Source: Haliotis cracherodii (Eukaryota). From it: DNA of 64,000 nt. Position 1 is the first letter of the stretch, and each line of letters begins with the position of its first letter. Location: positions 55,862,001 through 55,926,000 of the forward strand of contig NW_027266319.1 in the NCBI RefSeq assembly GCF_022045235.1, in the 5' to 3' direction. The notes under the pieces were generated by a model, which had not been told where the DNA came from, made no database searches, and saw only the letters and a list, made by a program, of their open reading frames with translations. Below, piece by piece: positions 37,701-50,833 of this stretch. A program made the position numbers and the translations under genes.

Positions 37701-38341
37701 AAACATCATATACCTTTCTCATCTCATGATGATATTATTTGAATATATTTTTTTTAAAACTGCAAAAGATGTCAGTGTAGAACAATGTGAACATACATAT
37801 GCTCATGTCATAAATCCTTTTGAGGAACTACCTTTGCTGGTAATGTTGTACGATTAAACAAACAAAAAACAAAACAAATACTGTATATCAGATATACTTG
37901 ATATAATATACATTTTGCTGATTATGTTGTACGATTGCAGATCAATATTATGTTGAACGAGATGGTGGCAGTGAACACATTAGAAATCAGATACAAGCAT
38001 TACATATTGGATCACCTGTTGTCTGATATCACACCTGTAAAGACGTCTTTAATGAGCAAGACACAACAAAGGTGATTGTTATAATTATTTATTGAAACTA
38101 TTGACTTGTGGGAACACTATTCAGTAATACATTCTCGAAATCGCCTTCAAAGTGCGATGCCAGTGTCTCTTCAATAGAGTGATCTACAAAAGAAATACAT
38201 CAAATCATATGATCTTGGCATATTTGACATGAAATTATTTCTGAAGCATACATTTTCAGATACAGTTATGTTGAACGGATGATGGTTTCTACTGTATAAA
38301 ACGGATCATTGCAGTAAGATTTGCTCCACCTTACATTTGAC

Positions 38342-40557
38342 TCACTGCTCCAAGTTGTTGATGCTCCTTGCGAACTCTTCCAAACTCACGCTTGAGTCTC
38401 CTAAATGGAGAAAGGTTGTTGCAGTCAGTCAGAATAAATGTTCAGGAGTCAGATTTATTCGGGAAAAGGGTCCACATTACCCATGAGCGTCAAAACAAAT
38501 ACAAACACTTGACAAATAATTACATTATTTTAAACATTTCATTTGTATAAATGAAGTTGAAGGCAAAAGCTCTTACCATTTTCATCTGAGAACGAAAGGA
38601 GCTCCATGGCCGATCGTCTGTCCATTAGCGTCTCAGCTTCGGATAGGTCAATTGTGCCGTCCATGTTTGTATCAAGGTTATCCACATTACGTTTGCCTTG
38701 AATGAAAATAGTCATGTTTGGAAAGATACAAAATGAAAGAACACGAATGCATTTTCGGTTAAGGAATATGAGATAGTGGTCACTTTTAATCAGGCTATGA
38801 GTATTGATATCAAATGAACATATTTATATTTATCATATAATGGGTAGGTTTCTCGTCGGGATAAAGCCAACGGATAAAAACGATATCCGTTGGGGTCATA
38901 TGCGGATAGAGATGCAAATATCAAAGGTCAAGTAGGGACTACTTTCAGTGTTTATAAACAAACATGGCGTCGCACTTGTCATTCGGCGATCGAGTCAGAA
39001 TTAACCATCGTGAATCTGGATAAACTACAGGGATTTTAAAAAAACAGTCTTATATACTGAAAGTCAGTGTCGAACTGTGACGTAACTAAGGCATTTTATA
39101 GGTTTGGGCAACTTTGGAGATATAAATTTCGAAACAATTTTGCGAGGGCACAAGGCCTAGCCAAGCGGGATCAGAAGCCATATCTGTGCTTGTAGACCTC
39201 TGCGGCTTGAAACCTTTTCCACAAATAAAATAGTTGGGTTTAGGCAAAATATGTATGAATCGTTACCTTGTTTCGTTTTGGCGCTGTGTATACATCTGAC
39301 TACACTTCTTAACGTTATGACAGAACAGGCCGACTGTGAACAATCACTGGCCGTGACGTCTCATAGACTAGGGTGAGAGTAGCTTCCCTTTGACAAAGGG
39401 CAGTTACTCTAGCGGACAGACCGATGGATTGTCGCGAAAGGCAATTAAAAACAATTGTTGTTTTGCGTATATGTTGCTTCGCCACTGTATAAGAAACAGA
39501 TTTCAGTTTCAACTATATTGGCTTCTGTCACTGTCCGACTGACACATCACCTACCCTGTGACGTAATAAATATTAATGCGCGCATACCAGGAAAACTCGC
39601 AATGTTTAGGTAATGTTTGTGAGTGAGGGGAAGCGATTTTAAAGCACAGAATTGAAGAATGACATTATATGATAAAGAGGTTATCACGCTTGTGTGTTTA
39701 GGGATGGTAAATATCCTGTATTAGGAATAAACACTATGTATTTAGCTCGCCAAGCCTCGCTAAATACAATGTATATTCCTAATGCAGGATATTTACCATC
39801 CCCAAACACACTCGCGTGATAACCTCTATACATCTACAGTAACATTCCAAAACATATACTTGTTTCCATTTCAAATCGTCATCGTATATAGCTCTTCGGC
39901 TGGCTGACTAACATTTACATCAAAACAAATAGCGAACACCATTCTGTCTCATTCTGTAGTGCTTAATGACATGATCACATTTTCATTATGTTCGTTCTCT
40001 AGAATAGACTAGTCCATGTAATATTTTCATACATTCAAAAACAATGTTCGGTGTCCGTTTTCGTTCAGCAATATTCCAGGTAATATAACAGTTGGACTTA
40101 AATAACTGGGTGTGGCACAGACAATCCAGTGACTTATATCATGAGCATCGGTCTACACAACTGCATGATTATAGAAAGCATCTTGTCGGTTACAATTTTT
40201 ACACTGAAAGCAGAGTTGGCCTTTTAGGCATTTAATTTATTACTTTCATTTGAACCTGATGTAAAAGAGAGACGTTAATGTACTTGATACATCACCGATT
40301 TGGTCCTACTACAGCCGCTCATTGTTCTATAACTTAAACCGTAACTCCAGTACAGTTTGGGAAAATAGAAGATACTGTATGTCAGGCACTTAATGAAGTA
40401 CTCTTTGACTTCGCTCACCCAACAACACCCTGGCTCCAATCTTTGCTATTGTGCCAACTGTGCGCCATCTAACGAACCGTCGTCTCCGTCGTCCCCAGGC
40501 ATCAGACTGAGGGATGGAGACTATGGCCACAAGCAGGAGGACAAGGAACAAACGCAT
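38342..40557 (-). CDS. Secreted cationic peptide / EF-hand precursor, copy 1
   Basis: Exons 40557-40419, 38696-38577, 38400-38342 with intact splice sites. Protein same as copy 2 (K39). The intron carries a ~1-kb insertion. Confidence 0.86.
38829..39828. mobile_element. ~1-kb hairpin/inner-IR insertion in the peptide-gene intron (also 49093-50103)
   Basis: Absent from copies 2, 4 and 5 (empty site AACATATTTATA|TACATCTACAG in copies 2 and 4). IR 38829-38842 / 39663-39676. Palindrome 39676-39827. Confidence 0.8.
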
Positions 40558-42127
40558 CTTGGGATGTATTCTGCAGTGAAAATAAATTCTTTTAGCGAGT
40601 GAGCGAGTTGGGTTTAACGCAGCTATTAACAGTTATATCACGGCGTTTCAGCTTAATATGGGAGGGAAGGCCGCAGTGATGCAGGTTTTAGACGTTTACC
40701 ACTTCGGCGAAACCCACGAGCACGGGTATGGTGCTTACAAACTTAGAAACATAACCGGGGTGAACCGGGATTCCAACCCACAATCTGGCGTGCCCAAGGA
40801 ACGCAACTCAGCACCGCGAATTGCGGCGCCTTAGACGACAGAGCCCCCCGTGCCCCACTGAATTGTTTTAAGAAGCCGCATTCTCATGTGGGTGTGATTA
40901 TTGTTGCTGATTGCCTTATGAAACGTTGATTGCTTAAGATGTAATGGATTTGACGACTGACTATCATTACAAACAATTAAATCCTCAGTTAAATCCACAT
41001 TTTGTAACCAATGCCAACTGAAATGATAAGTTACACGTAAACTAATCAGACAGATAGTATTACTCACCAGGAGGACACGAGACAGGTCACAGTTGTTATG
41101 AATGTCATGTCCCTGGTATTTATACATTCTTTCCATTCATCAACCCGTGAAGTGAATCTGTTGCCAAAATATGTTAAGTGCCTGTTTGACAGAAACGTGC
41201 AAATGTAAATATGAAAAGAGATAAGTATCTACTTAGTCCACACCTCTTAATTGTCCTCTTTACGAGGGCTGTGTGTGAAGTGTATTTGTGTGTGATATCT
41301 ATTTTTTTAAATTGTTTGAGAATATTTAAAAGAAACTTATCACACCTCCATGTCAGAATATTCAGATCTAATTGGTTCATGTGATACTGATAAAATTCTA
41401 TGTATTTCCAGTGGGAGGGAAATACATTTCTGAGTGGGAAAATATATCCCATATACCCCGACATGAAAAAAACAGGCTGCACGTGTATTTATGAGCGAGG
41501 CCATATATATTCCACCCTGCTACGAAGCACAAAGCTGCACATTGTTTACGAGTCAAAGAATGACACGAGAGACATCACTAGTTACCCTTAGCTCATTCGA
41601 GCAGTGGTTTTCTATCTGTTTTCAATTTGTTTTAATTTTTAATCGCTGTGGCAGTATCACACGGGGTATATGTGAATTTGTGCGTCCCACGTTAGGTTTT
41701 AAACCACGAGCTGGATACTGCTACAATTTCTTATATTTGTGTACCAGAGGTGTATATGGCCATCTCTGAGAAAAATATATTTTCCATTCAGCAAACACTG
41801 GAAGCCTTCAATTTGTAGATCCAAAATAAAAGAAACCAAAACATTTGCATGTTTATAGAAAGCATCTTGTCGGTTACAATTTTTACACTGAAAGCACAGT
41901 TGTATGTAAACTTGTAGACTTAAATATTCTCAAACAATTTTTTTTAAAAATAAATTTCACACACAAATACACTTCACACACAGCCCTCGTAAAGAGGACA
42001 ATTAGGAGGTGTGGACTAAGTAGATACTTATCTCTTTTCATATTTACATTTGCACGTTTCTGTCAAACAGGCACTTAACATATTTTGGCAACAGATTCAC
42101 TTCACGGGTTGATGAATGGAAAGAATG

Positions 42128-42190
42128 TATAAATACCAGGGACACGACATTCATAACAACTGTGACCTGTCTCGTGTCCTTCTGGTAAGT
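42128..42190 (+). promoter_or_regulatory. TATA box and short non-coding first exon of the peptide gene (copy 2)
   Basis: TATAAATA at 42128-42135, then a GTAAGT donor at 42185-42190 and an acceptor at 42690 just upstream of the ATG. Equivalent TATA boxes at 41117-41124(-), 51393-51400(-), 52392-52399(+), 58753-58760(-). Confidence 0.55.
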
Positions 42191-42703
42191 AATACTTTAG
42201 GCACTATCTGTCTGATTAGTTTATGTGTAACTTATCATTTCAGTTGGCATTGGTTACAAAATGTGGATTTAACTGAGGATTTAATTGTTTGTAATGATAG
42301 TCAGTCGTCAAATCAATTACATCTTAAGCAATCAGCGTTTCATAAGGCAATCAGCAACAATATTCACACCCACATGAGAATGCGGCTTCTTAAAACAATT
42401 CAGTGGGGCACGGGGAGCTCAGTCGTCTAAGGTGCCGCAATTCGCGGTGCTGAGTTGCGTTCCTTGGGCACGCCAGATTGTGGGTTGGAATCCCGGTTCA
42501 CCCCGATTATGTTTCTAAGTTTGTAAGCACCATACCCGTGCTCGTGGGTTTCGCCGAAGTGGTAAACGTCTAAAACCTGCATCACTGCGGCCTTCCCTCC
42601 CATATTAAGCTGAAACGTCGTGATATAACTGTTAATAGCTGCGTTAAACCCAACTCGCTCACTCGCTAAAAGAATTTATTTTCACTGCAGAATACATCCC
42701 AAG

Positions 42704-43812
42704 ATGCGTTTGTTCCTTGTCCTCCTGCTTGTGGCCATAGTCTCCATCCCTCAGTCTGATGCCTGGGGACGACGGAGACGACGGTTCGTTAGATGGCGCA
42801 CAGTTGGCACAATAGCAAAGATTGGAGCCAGGGTGTTGTTGGGTGAGTGAAGCCAAAGAGTACTTCATTAAGTGCCTGACATGCAGTATCTTCTATTTTC
42901 CCAAACTGTACTGGAGTTACGGTTTAAGTTATAGAACAATGAGCGGCTGTAGTAGGACCAAATCGATGATGTATCAAGTACATTAACGTCTCTCTTTTAC
43001 ATCAGGTTCAAATGAAAGTAATAAATTAAATGCCTAAAAGGCCAACTCTGCTTTCAGTGTAAAAATTGTAACCGACAAGATGCTTTCTATAATCATGCAG
43101 TTGTGTAGACCGATGCTCATGATATAAGTTACTGGATTGTCTGTGCCACACCCAGTTATTTAAGGACCACTGTCGTTAAGCACTACAGAATGAGACAAGA
43201 TGTTGTTCGTTATTTGTTTTGATGTAAATCTAAGTCAGCCAGCCGAAGAGCTATATACATGTACGATGACGATTTGAAATGGAAACGTGTATATGTTTTG
43301 GAATGTTACTGTAGATGTATATAAATATGTTCATTTGATATCAATACTCATAGCCTGATTAAAAGTGACCACTATCTCATATTCCTTAACCGAAAATGCA
43401 TTCGTGTTCTTTATTTTGTATCTTTCCAAACATGACTATTTTCATTCAAGGCAAACGTAATGTGGATAACCTTGATACAAACATGGACGGCACAATTGAC
43501 CTGTCCGAAGCTGAGACGCTAATGGACAGACGATCGGCCATGGAGCTCCTTTCGTTCTCAGATGAAAATGGTAAGAGCTTTTGCCTTCAACTTCATTGAT
43601 ACAAATGAAATGTTTATTACTTTTAAAATAATGTAATTATTTGTCAAAGGTTTGTATTTTTTTACTCTCATGGGTAATGTGGACCCTTTTCCCGAATAAA
43701 TCTGACTCCTGAACATTTATTCTGACTGACTGCAACAACCTTTCTCCATTTAGGAGACTCAAGCGTGAGTTTGGAAGAGTTCGCAAGGAGCATCAACAAC
43801 TTGGAGCAGTGA
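42704..43812 (+). CDS. Secreted cationic peptide / EF-hand precursor, copy 2 (105 aa; putative antimicrobial-peptide precursor)
   Basis: Manual splice of coding exons 42704-42842, 43451-43570, 43754-43812 (GT-AG, phase 1/1). Translation: MRLFLVLLLVAIVSIPQSDA|WGRRRRRFVRWRTVGTIAKIGARVLL|GKR|NVDNLDTNMDGTIDLSEAETLMDRRSAMELLSFSDENGDSSVSLEEFARSINNLEQ*. Acceptor cag ends at 42690 just before the ATG. AATAAA at 44061. The function is inferred. Confidence 0.88.
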
Positions 43813-44810
43813 GTCAAATGTAAGGTGGAGCAAATCTTACTGCAATGATTCGTTTTATACAGTAGAAACCGTCATCCGTTCAACATAACTGTATCTGAAA
43901 ATGTATGCTTCAGCAATAATTTCATGTCAAATATGCCAAGATCATATGATTTGATGTATTTCTTTTGTAGATCACTCCATTGAAGAGACACTGGCATCGC
44001 ACTTTGAAGGCGATTTCGAGGATGTATTCCTGAATAGTGTTCCCACAAGTCAATAGTTTCAATAAATAAGTATAACAATCACCTTTGTTGTGTCTTGCTC
44101 ATTAAAGACGTCTTTACAGGTGTCATTTCAGACAACAGGTGATCCAATATGTAATGCTTGTATCTGATTTCTAATGTGTTCACTGCCACCATCTCGTTCA
44201 ACATAATATTGATCTGCAATCGTACACCAACATAATCAGCAAAATGTATATTATATCAAGTATATCTGATATACAATAGTTGTTTTGTTTGTTGTTTGTT
44301 TAATCGTACAACATTACCAGCAAAGGTAGTTCCTCAAAAGGAGTTATGACATTAGCATATGTATGTTCACATTGTTCTACACTGACATCTTTTGCAGTTT
44401 TTAAAAAAATATATTCAAATAATATCATCATGAGATGAGAAAGGTATATGATGTTTAATTGTTTGTTTGTTGTTGAACGGCGCACTCAGCAATATTCCAG
44501 CTATATGACGGCGGTCTGTAAATAATCGAGTATGGACCAGACAATCCATTGATTAATATCATGAAAATAATTCCTCGCAATTGGTATTCGATGACATGCA
44601 TCAACCAAGTCAGCGAGCCTAACCACCCGATCCCGTTAGTCGCTTCTTACGACAAACATGGTCGCCTTATGGTTTGCTGAAGACCTATTCTATCACGGAT
44701 CTTCACGGCTCGTTATGTTAAGCGAGTGAGTGAGATAGTTTAATGTTAACGTCACATCGACAATACACTACTTCAGTCATATCATGACGACATATAGTTA
44801 TACATTCCTA

Positions 44811-44812
44811 AC

Positions 44813-44894
<82 letters not shown>
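44811..44894 (+). repeat. (CA)n microsatellite (mirror (TG)n at 47548-47612)
   Basis: Directly visible; length differs among amplicon units. Confidence 0.9.
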
Positions 44895-44898
<4 letters not shown>

Positions 44899-47544
44899 CA
44901 GTGATGGACAGTATCATAAGTAGATTATCACAGTTTCAAATTAAATCAAGTTGAGAGCATGTAAAAGACAACAACAACACAAAAAAACGGACAAGGAACC
45001 GTAGGGACGATACTTCTGCCACCTGCATGGTTCCCCAGCAGAATTGACACTATCCCTTCAGCTGCTGGCAAGTGTAGTCAGTTTAATCCACCAGTTAAAA
45101 CTAACAAATATACTACACTTATAAATGTGACAGTTTAAATTTACTTTGAAAGATGTGGAACGTATGTACCCTCTCAGGGGGACACTGATATCAGATTCTT
45201 TATTCTCCATAGACCACCGACGGTGGTACAAGAGCATACTTAAAGTACAGAGATAAATATAATATGTACATCAAGACGGCTGTGTGCATTTAGAGTTAGC
45301 ATTCAAGGTGTTTAATACAAATAATACATATACATTATGCATGTGGAACGTATGTACCCTATCAGGGGGACACTGATATCACTGTACTTGGATTCAACCA
45401 CAAACAATCTCAGTTGCGAATTTGAAAACATGTTTTTAAAAAAATATTAACAAAAATATTTCAAATAATTCTATATCCTTTAAAAGCCAATATTTAAACG
45501 AGAATTAATTCTACGAAAAAGATCTTTAATAGATGATGATTTGAAACATTGATCTTTCATCACAAGGGATGCAGAATGGAGGGTCCTCACCTTTCAATAA
45601 ATGTTCACGACTTTAGCGTCAATGGCCAATACGACATCATCGGTTTTTGACCTTTCCAAATCTGGACTGACTAACCAAAATCGGTGTAACCGATGGTTGG
45701 TGTAATTTCATGTAGCGTATTTACACCTACTCGGGTGTCCCTCTTCCTTTGCATGAGGGGTCACGGGTGGCCCAGTCGTCTAAGGCGCCGCTATTCCATT
45801 GAACACACCAGAAACCTATGATTGTGGGTTCGAATCCCAGTTCGCCCCGATTATGTTTCTAGGTTTGTCAGCACCATACCCGTCTCGTGGGTTTCACCGA
45901 AGTGGTAAACTTTTGAAACCTGCATCACTTTGGACTTTCCTCCCACATTAAGCTGACAGGCCGTGATATAACTGGAATATTGTTAAAAGCGGCGTTAAAC
46001 CCAACTCACTCACTCACTCCTTTGCATTAGATCATTGATGTAACATCTAATTACAAGCTAATAATCACTGTCACAGATTTGTTGAGTGTTTTTGCAGCCG
46101 TATCGGCCATTGAAACATGGCTGGGTAACCACCAAAAGACGATGTCATATTGGCCAGTAGCTATTAAAACACGCCATATCATTAAAACACGCAAAAATGT
46201 CGACCGAGAGTGGATGTTTACATGACACATTTTGTAATAGCCTGAAGGCACGAAGGAGAATGGGAAAAGGTATAAGCTGTTTATGTTCAGATTGGTTCTT
46301 GATATATTTTAGTGCTGTTAAAATGACATTTGCTTCTACTGTGAATATGGAACTGTTATATGGTAATCTTGAAGATAGTGTTCTAGATCCAATGATAGTG
46401 ACATTAGCAACTGTGCCACCATCCTTGGATCCATCTGTAAGAAGAAAACAGCGTTATCCCTATCCCCCGCCATTATAATTATATTTGTTCATTTAGTAGT
46501 GGATATAACCAACGCAAAGTATCAATATGCATGTTTCAAAGTAGAGTAGAGGAATGCCTAGAAACATAATCGGGGCGAACTGCGATTCGAACCCACAATC
46601 ATAGGTTTCTGGTGTGTTCATGGGACACGACTCTGCACAGCGACTCGCGGCGCCTTAGACGACTGGGCCATCCGTGACCCCTCATGCAAAAGAAGAGGGA
46701 CACCCGAATAGGTGTAAATACGCTACATGAAATTACACCAACCATCGGTTACACCGATTTTTGTTAGTCAGTCCAGATTTGGAAAGGTCAAAAACCGATG
46801 ATGTCGTATTGGCCATTGACGCTAAAGTCATGAACATTTATTGAAAGGTGAGGACCCTCCATTCTGCATCCCTTGTGATGAAAGATCAATGTTTCAAATC
46901 ATCATCTATTAAAGATCTTTTTCGTAGAATTAATTCTCGTTTAAATATTGGCTTTTAAAGGATATAGAATTATTTGAAATATTTTTGTTAATATTTTTTT
47001 AAAAACATGTTTTCAAATTCGCAACTGAGATTGTTTGTGGTTGAATCCAAGTACAGTGATATCAGTGTCCCCCTGATAGGGTACATACGTTCCACATGCA
47101 TAATGTATATGTATTATTTGTATTTAACACCTTGAATGCTAACTCTAAATGCACACAGCCGTCTTGATGTACACATTATATTTATCTCTGTACTTTAAGT
47201 ATGCTCTTGTACCACCGTCGGTGGTCTATGGAGAATAAAGAATCTGATATCAGTGTCCCCCTGAGAGGGTATATACGTTCCACATCTTTCAAAGTAAATT
47301 TAAACTGTCACATTTATAAGCGTAGTATATTTGTTAGTTTTAACTGGTGGATTAAACTTACTACACTTGCCAGCAGCTGAAGGGATAGTGTCAATTCTGC
47401 TTGGGAACCGTGCAGGTGGCAGAAGTATCGTCCCTAAGGTTCCTTGTCCGTTTTTTATATTGTGTTGTTGTTTTCTTTTACATGCTCTCAACTTGATTTA
47501 ATTTGAAACTGTGATAATCTAGTTATGATACTGTCCATCACTGA

Positions 47545-47615
<71 letters not shown>

Positions 47616-48605
47616 GGAATGTATAACTATATGTCGTCATGATATGGCTGAAATAGTGTATTGTCGATGTGACATTGAACTATCTCACTCACTCGCTTAA
47701 CATAACGAGCCGTGAAGATCCGTGATAGAATAGGTCTTCAGCAAACCATAAGGCGACCATGCTTGTCGTAAGAAGCGACTAACGGGATCGGGTGGTTAGG
47801 CTCGCTGACTTGGTTGATGCATGTCATCGAATACCAATTGCGAGGAATTATTTTCATGATATTAATCACTGGATTGTCTGGTCCATACTCGATTATTTAC
47901 AGACCGCCGTCACATAGCTGGAATATTGCTGAGTGCGGCGTTCAACAACAAACAAACACTCAAACATCATATACCTTTCTCATCTCATGATGATATTATT
48001 TGAATATATTTTTTTAAAAACTGCAAAAGATGTCAGTGTAGAACAATGTGAACATACATATGCTCATGTCATATCTCCTTTTGAGGAACTACCTTTGCTG
48101 GTAATGTTGTACGATTAAACAAACAAAAAACAAAACAAATACTGTATATCAGATATACTTGATATAATATACAATTTGCTGATTATGTTGTTGTACGATT
48201 GCAGATCAATATTATGTTGAACGAGATGGTGGTAGTGAACACATTAGAAATCAGATACAAGCATAACATATTGGATCACCTGTTGTCTGAAATGACACCT
48301 GTAAAGACGTCTTTAATGAGCAAGACACAACAAAGGTGATTGTAATAATTATTTATTGAAACTATTGACTTGTGGGAACACTATTCAGGAATACATCCTC
48401 GAAATCGCCATCAAAGTGCGATGCCAGTGTCTCTTCAATAGAGTGATCTACAAAAGAAATACATCAAATCATATGATCTTGGCATAGTTGACATGAAATT
48501 ATTGCTGAAGCATACATTTTCAGATACAGTTATGTTGAACGGATGACGGTTTCTACTGTATAAAACGGATCATTGCAGTAAGATTTGCTCCACCTTACAT
48601 TTGAC

Positions 48606-50833
48606 TCACTGCTCCAAGTTGTTGATGCTCCTTGCGAACTCTTCCAAACTCACGCTTGAGTCTCCTAAATGGAGAAAGGTTGTTGCAGTCAGTCAGAATA
48701 TATGTTCAGGAGTCAGATTTATTCGGGCAAAGGGTCCACATTACCCATGAGCGTCAAAACAAATACAAACACTTGACAAATAATTACATTATTTTAAACA
48801 TTTCATTTGTATAAATGAAGTTGAAGGCAAAAGCTCTTACCATTTTCATCTGAGAACGAAAGGAGCTCCATGGCCGATCGTCTGTCCATTAGCGTCTCAG
48901 CTTCGGATAGGTCAATTGTCCCGTCCATGTTTGTATCAAGGTTATCCACATTACGTTTGCCTTGAATGAAAATAGTCATGTTTGGAAAGATACAAAATGA
49001 AAGAACACGAATGCATTTTCGGTTAAGGAATATGAGATAGTGGTCACTTTTAATCAGGCTATGAGTATTGATATCAAATGAACATATTTATATTTATCAT
49101 ATGGGTAGGTTTCTCGTCGGGATAAAGCCAACGGATAAAAACGATATCCGTTGGGGTCATATGCGGATAGAGATGCAAATATCAAAGGTCAAGTAGGGAC
49201 TACTTTCAGTGTTTATAAACAAACATGGCGTCGCACTTGTCATTCGGCGATCGAGTCAGAATTAACCATCGTGAATCTGGATAAACTACAGGGATAACTG
49301 ATACAATTATTTTAAAAAAACAGTCTTATATACTGAAAGTCAGTGTCGAACTGTGTCGTAACTAAGGCATTTTATAGGTTTGGGCAACTTTGGAGATATA
49401 AATTTCGAAACAATTTTGCGAGGGCACAAGGCCTAGCCAAGCGGGATCAGAAGCCATATCTGTGCTTGTAGACCTCTGCGGCTTGAAACCTTTTCCACAA
49501 ATAAAATAGTTGGGTTTAGGCAAAATATGTATGAATCGTTACCTTGTTTCGTGTTGGCGCTGTGTATACATCTGACTACACTTCTTAACGTTATGACAGA
49601 ACAGGCCGACTGTGAACAATCACTGGCCGTGACGTCTCATAGACTAGGGTGAGAGTAGCTTCCCTTTGACAAAGGGCAGTTACTCTAGCGGACAGACCGA
49701 TGGATTGTCGCGAAAGGCAATTAAAAACAATTGTTGTTTTGCGTATATGTTGCTTCGCCACTGTATAAGAAACAGATTTCAGTTTCAACTATATTGGCTT
49801 CTGTCACTGTCCGACTGACACATCACCTACCCTGTGACGTAATAAATATTAATGCGCGCATACCAGGAAAACTCGCAATGTTTAGGTAATGTTTGTGAGT
49901 GAGGGGAAGCGATTTTAAAGCACAGAATTGAAGAATGACATTATATGATAAAGAGGTTATCACGCTTGTGTGTTTAGGGATGGTAAATATCCTGTATTAG
50001 GAATAAACACTATGTATTTAGCTCGCCAAGGCTCGCTAAATACAATGTATATTCCTAATGCAGGATATTTACCATCCCCAAACACACTCGCGTGATAACC
50101 TCTATACATCTTCAGTAACATTCCAAAACATATACTTGTTTCCATTTCAAATCGTCATCCTATATAGCTCTTCGGCTGGCTGACTAACATTTACATCAAA
50201 ACAAATAGCGAACACCATTCTGTCTCATTCTGTAGTGCTTAATGACATGATCACATTTTCATTATGTTCGTTTTCTAGATTAGACTAGTCCATGTAATAT
50301 TTTCATACATTCAAAAACAATGTTCGGTGTCCGTTTTCGTTCAGCAATATTCCAGGTAATATAACAGTTGGACTTAAATAACTGGGTGTGGCACAGACAA
50401 TCCAGTGACTTATATCATGAGCATCGGTCTACACAACTGCATGATTATAGAAAGCATCTTGTCGGTTACAATTTTTACACTGAAAGCAGAGTTGGCCTTT
50501 TAGGCATTTAATTTATTACTTTCATTTGAACCTGATGTAAAAGAGAGACGTTAATGTACTTGATACATCACCAATTTGGTCCTACTACAGCCGCTCATTG
50601 TTCTATAACTTAAACCGTAACTCCAGTACAGTTTGGGAAAATAGAGGATACTGTATGTCAGGCACTTAATGAAGTACTCTTTGGCTTCGCTCACCCAACA
50701 ACACCCTGGCTCCAATCCGTGCTATTGTGCCAACTGTGCGCCATCTAACGAACCGTCGTCTCCGTCGTCCCCAAGCATCAGACTGAGGGATGGAGACTAT
50801 GGCCACAAGCAGGAGGACAAGGAACAAACGCAT
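48606..50833 (-). CDS. Secreted cationic peptide / EF-hand precursor, copy 3
   Basis: Exons 50833-50695, 48960-48841, 48664-48606; intact. K39R (AAG>CGG). Same ~1-kb intron insertion as copy 1. Confidence 0.86.

Noticed and set aside
40393-40602. Repeated ORF MKYSL...(69 aa), and MRTLPNS...(60 aa) at 38368
   Set aside because: Antisense shadows of the real peptide-gene exons. They recur only because the DNA is duplicated.
41413-41460. NF-kB/Rel-like sites upstream of the peptide gene (GGGAAAATATATCCC; GGGAAAATACCCC in copy 3)
   Set aside because: Spacing is imperfect and varies among copies; cannot be supported without a motif scan or experiment.
40831-41769. Repeated ~100-aa ORFs (MERMYK..., MSEAIY..., MQPVFF...)
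   Set aside because: They overlap promoter, intron and SINE DNA, have no recognisable domain, and their lengths vary between copies.
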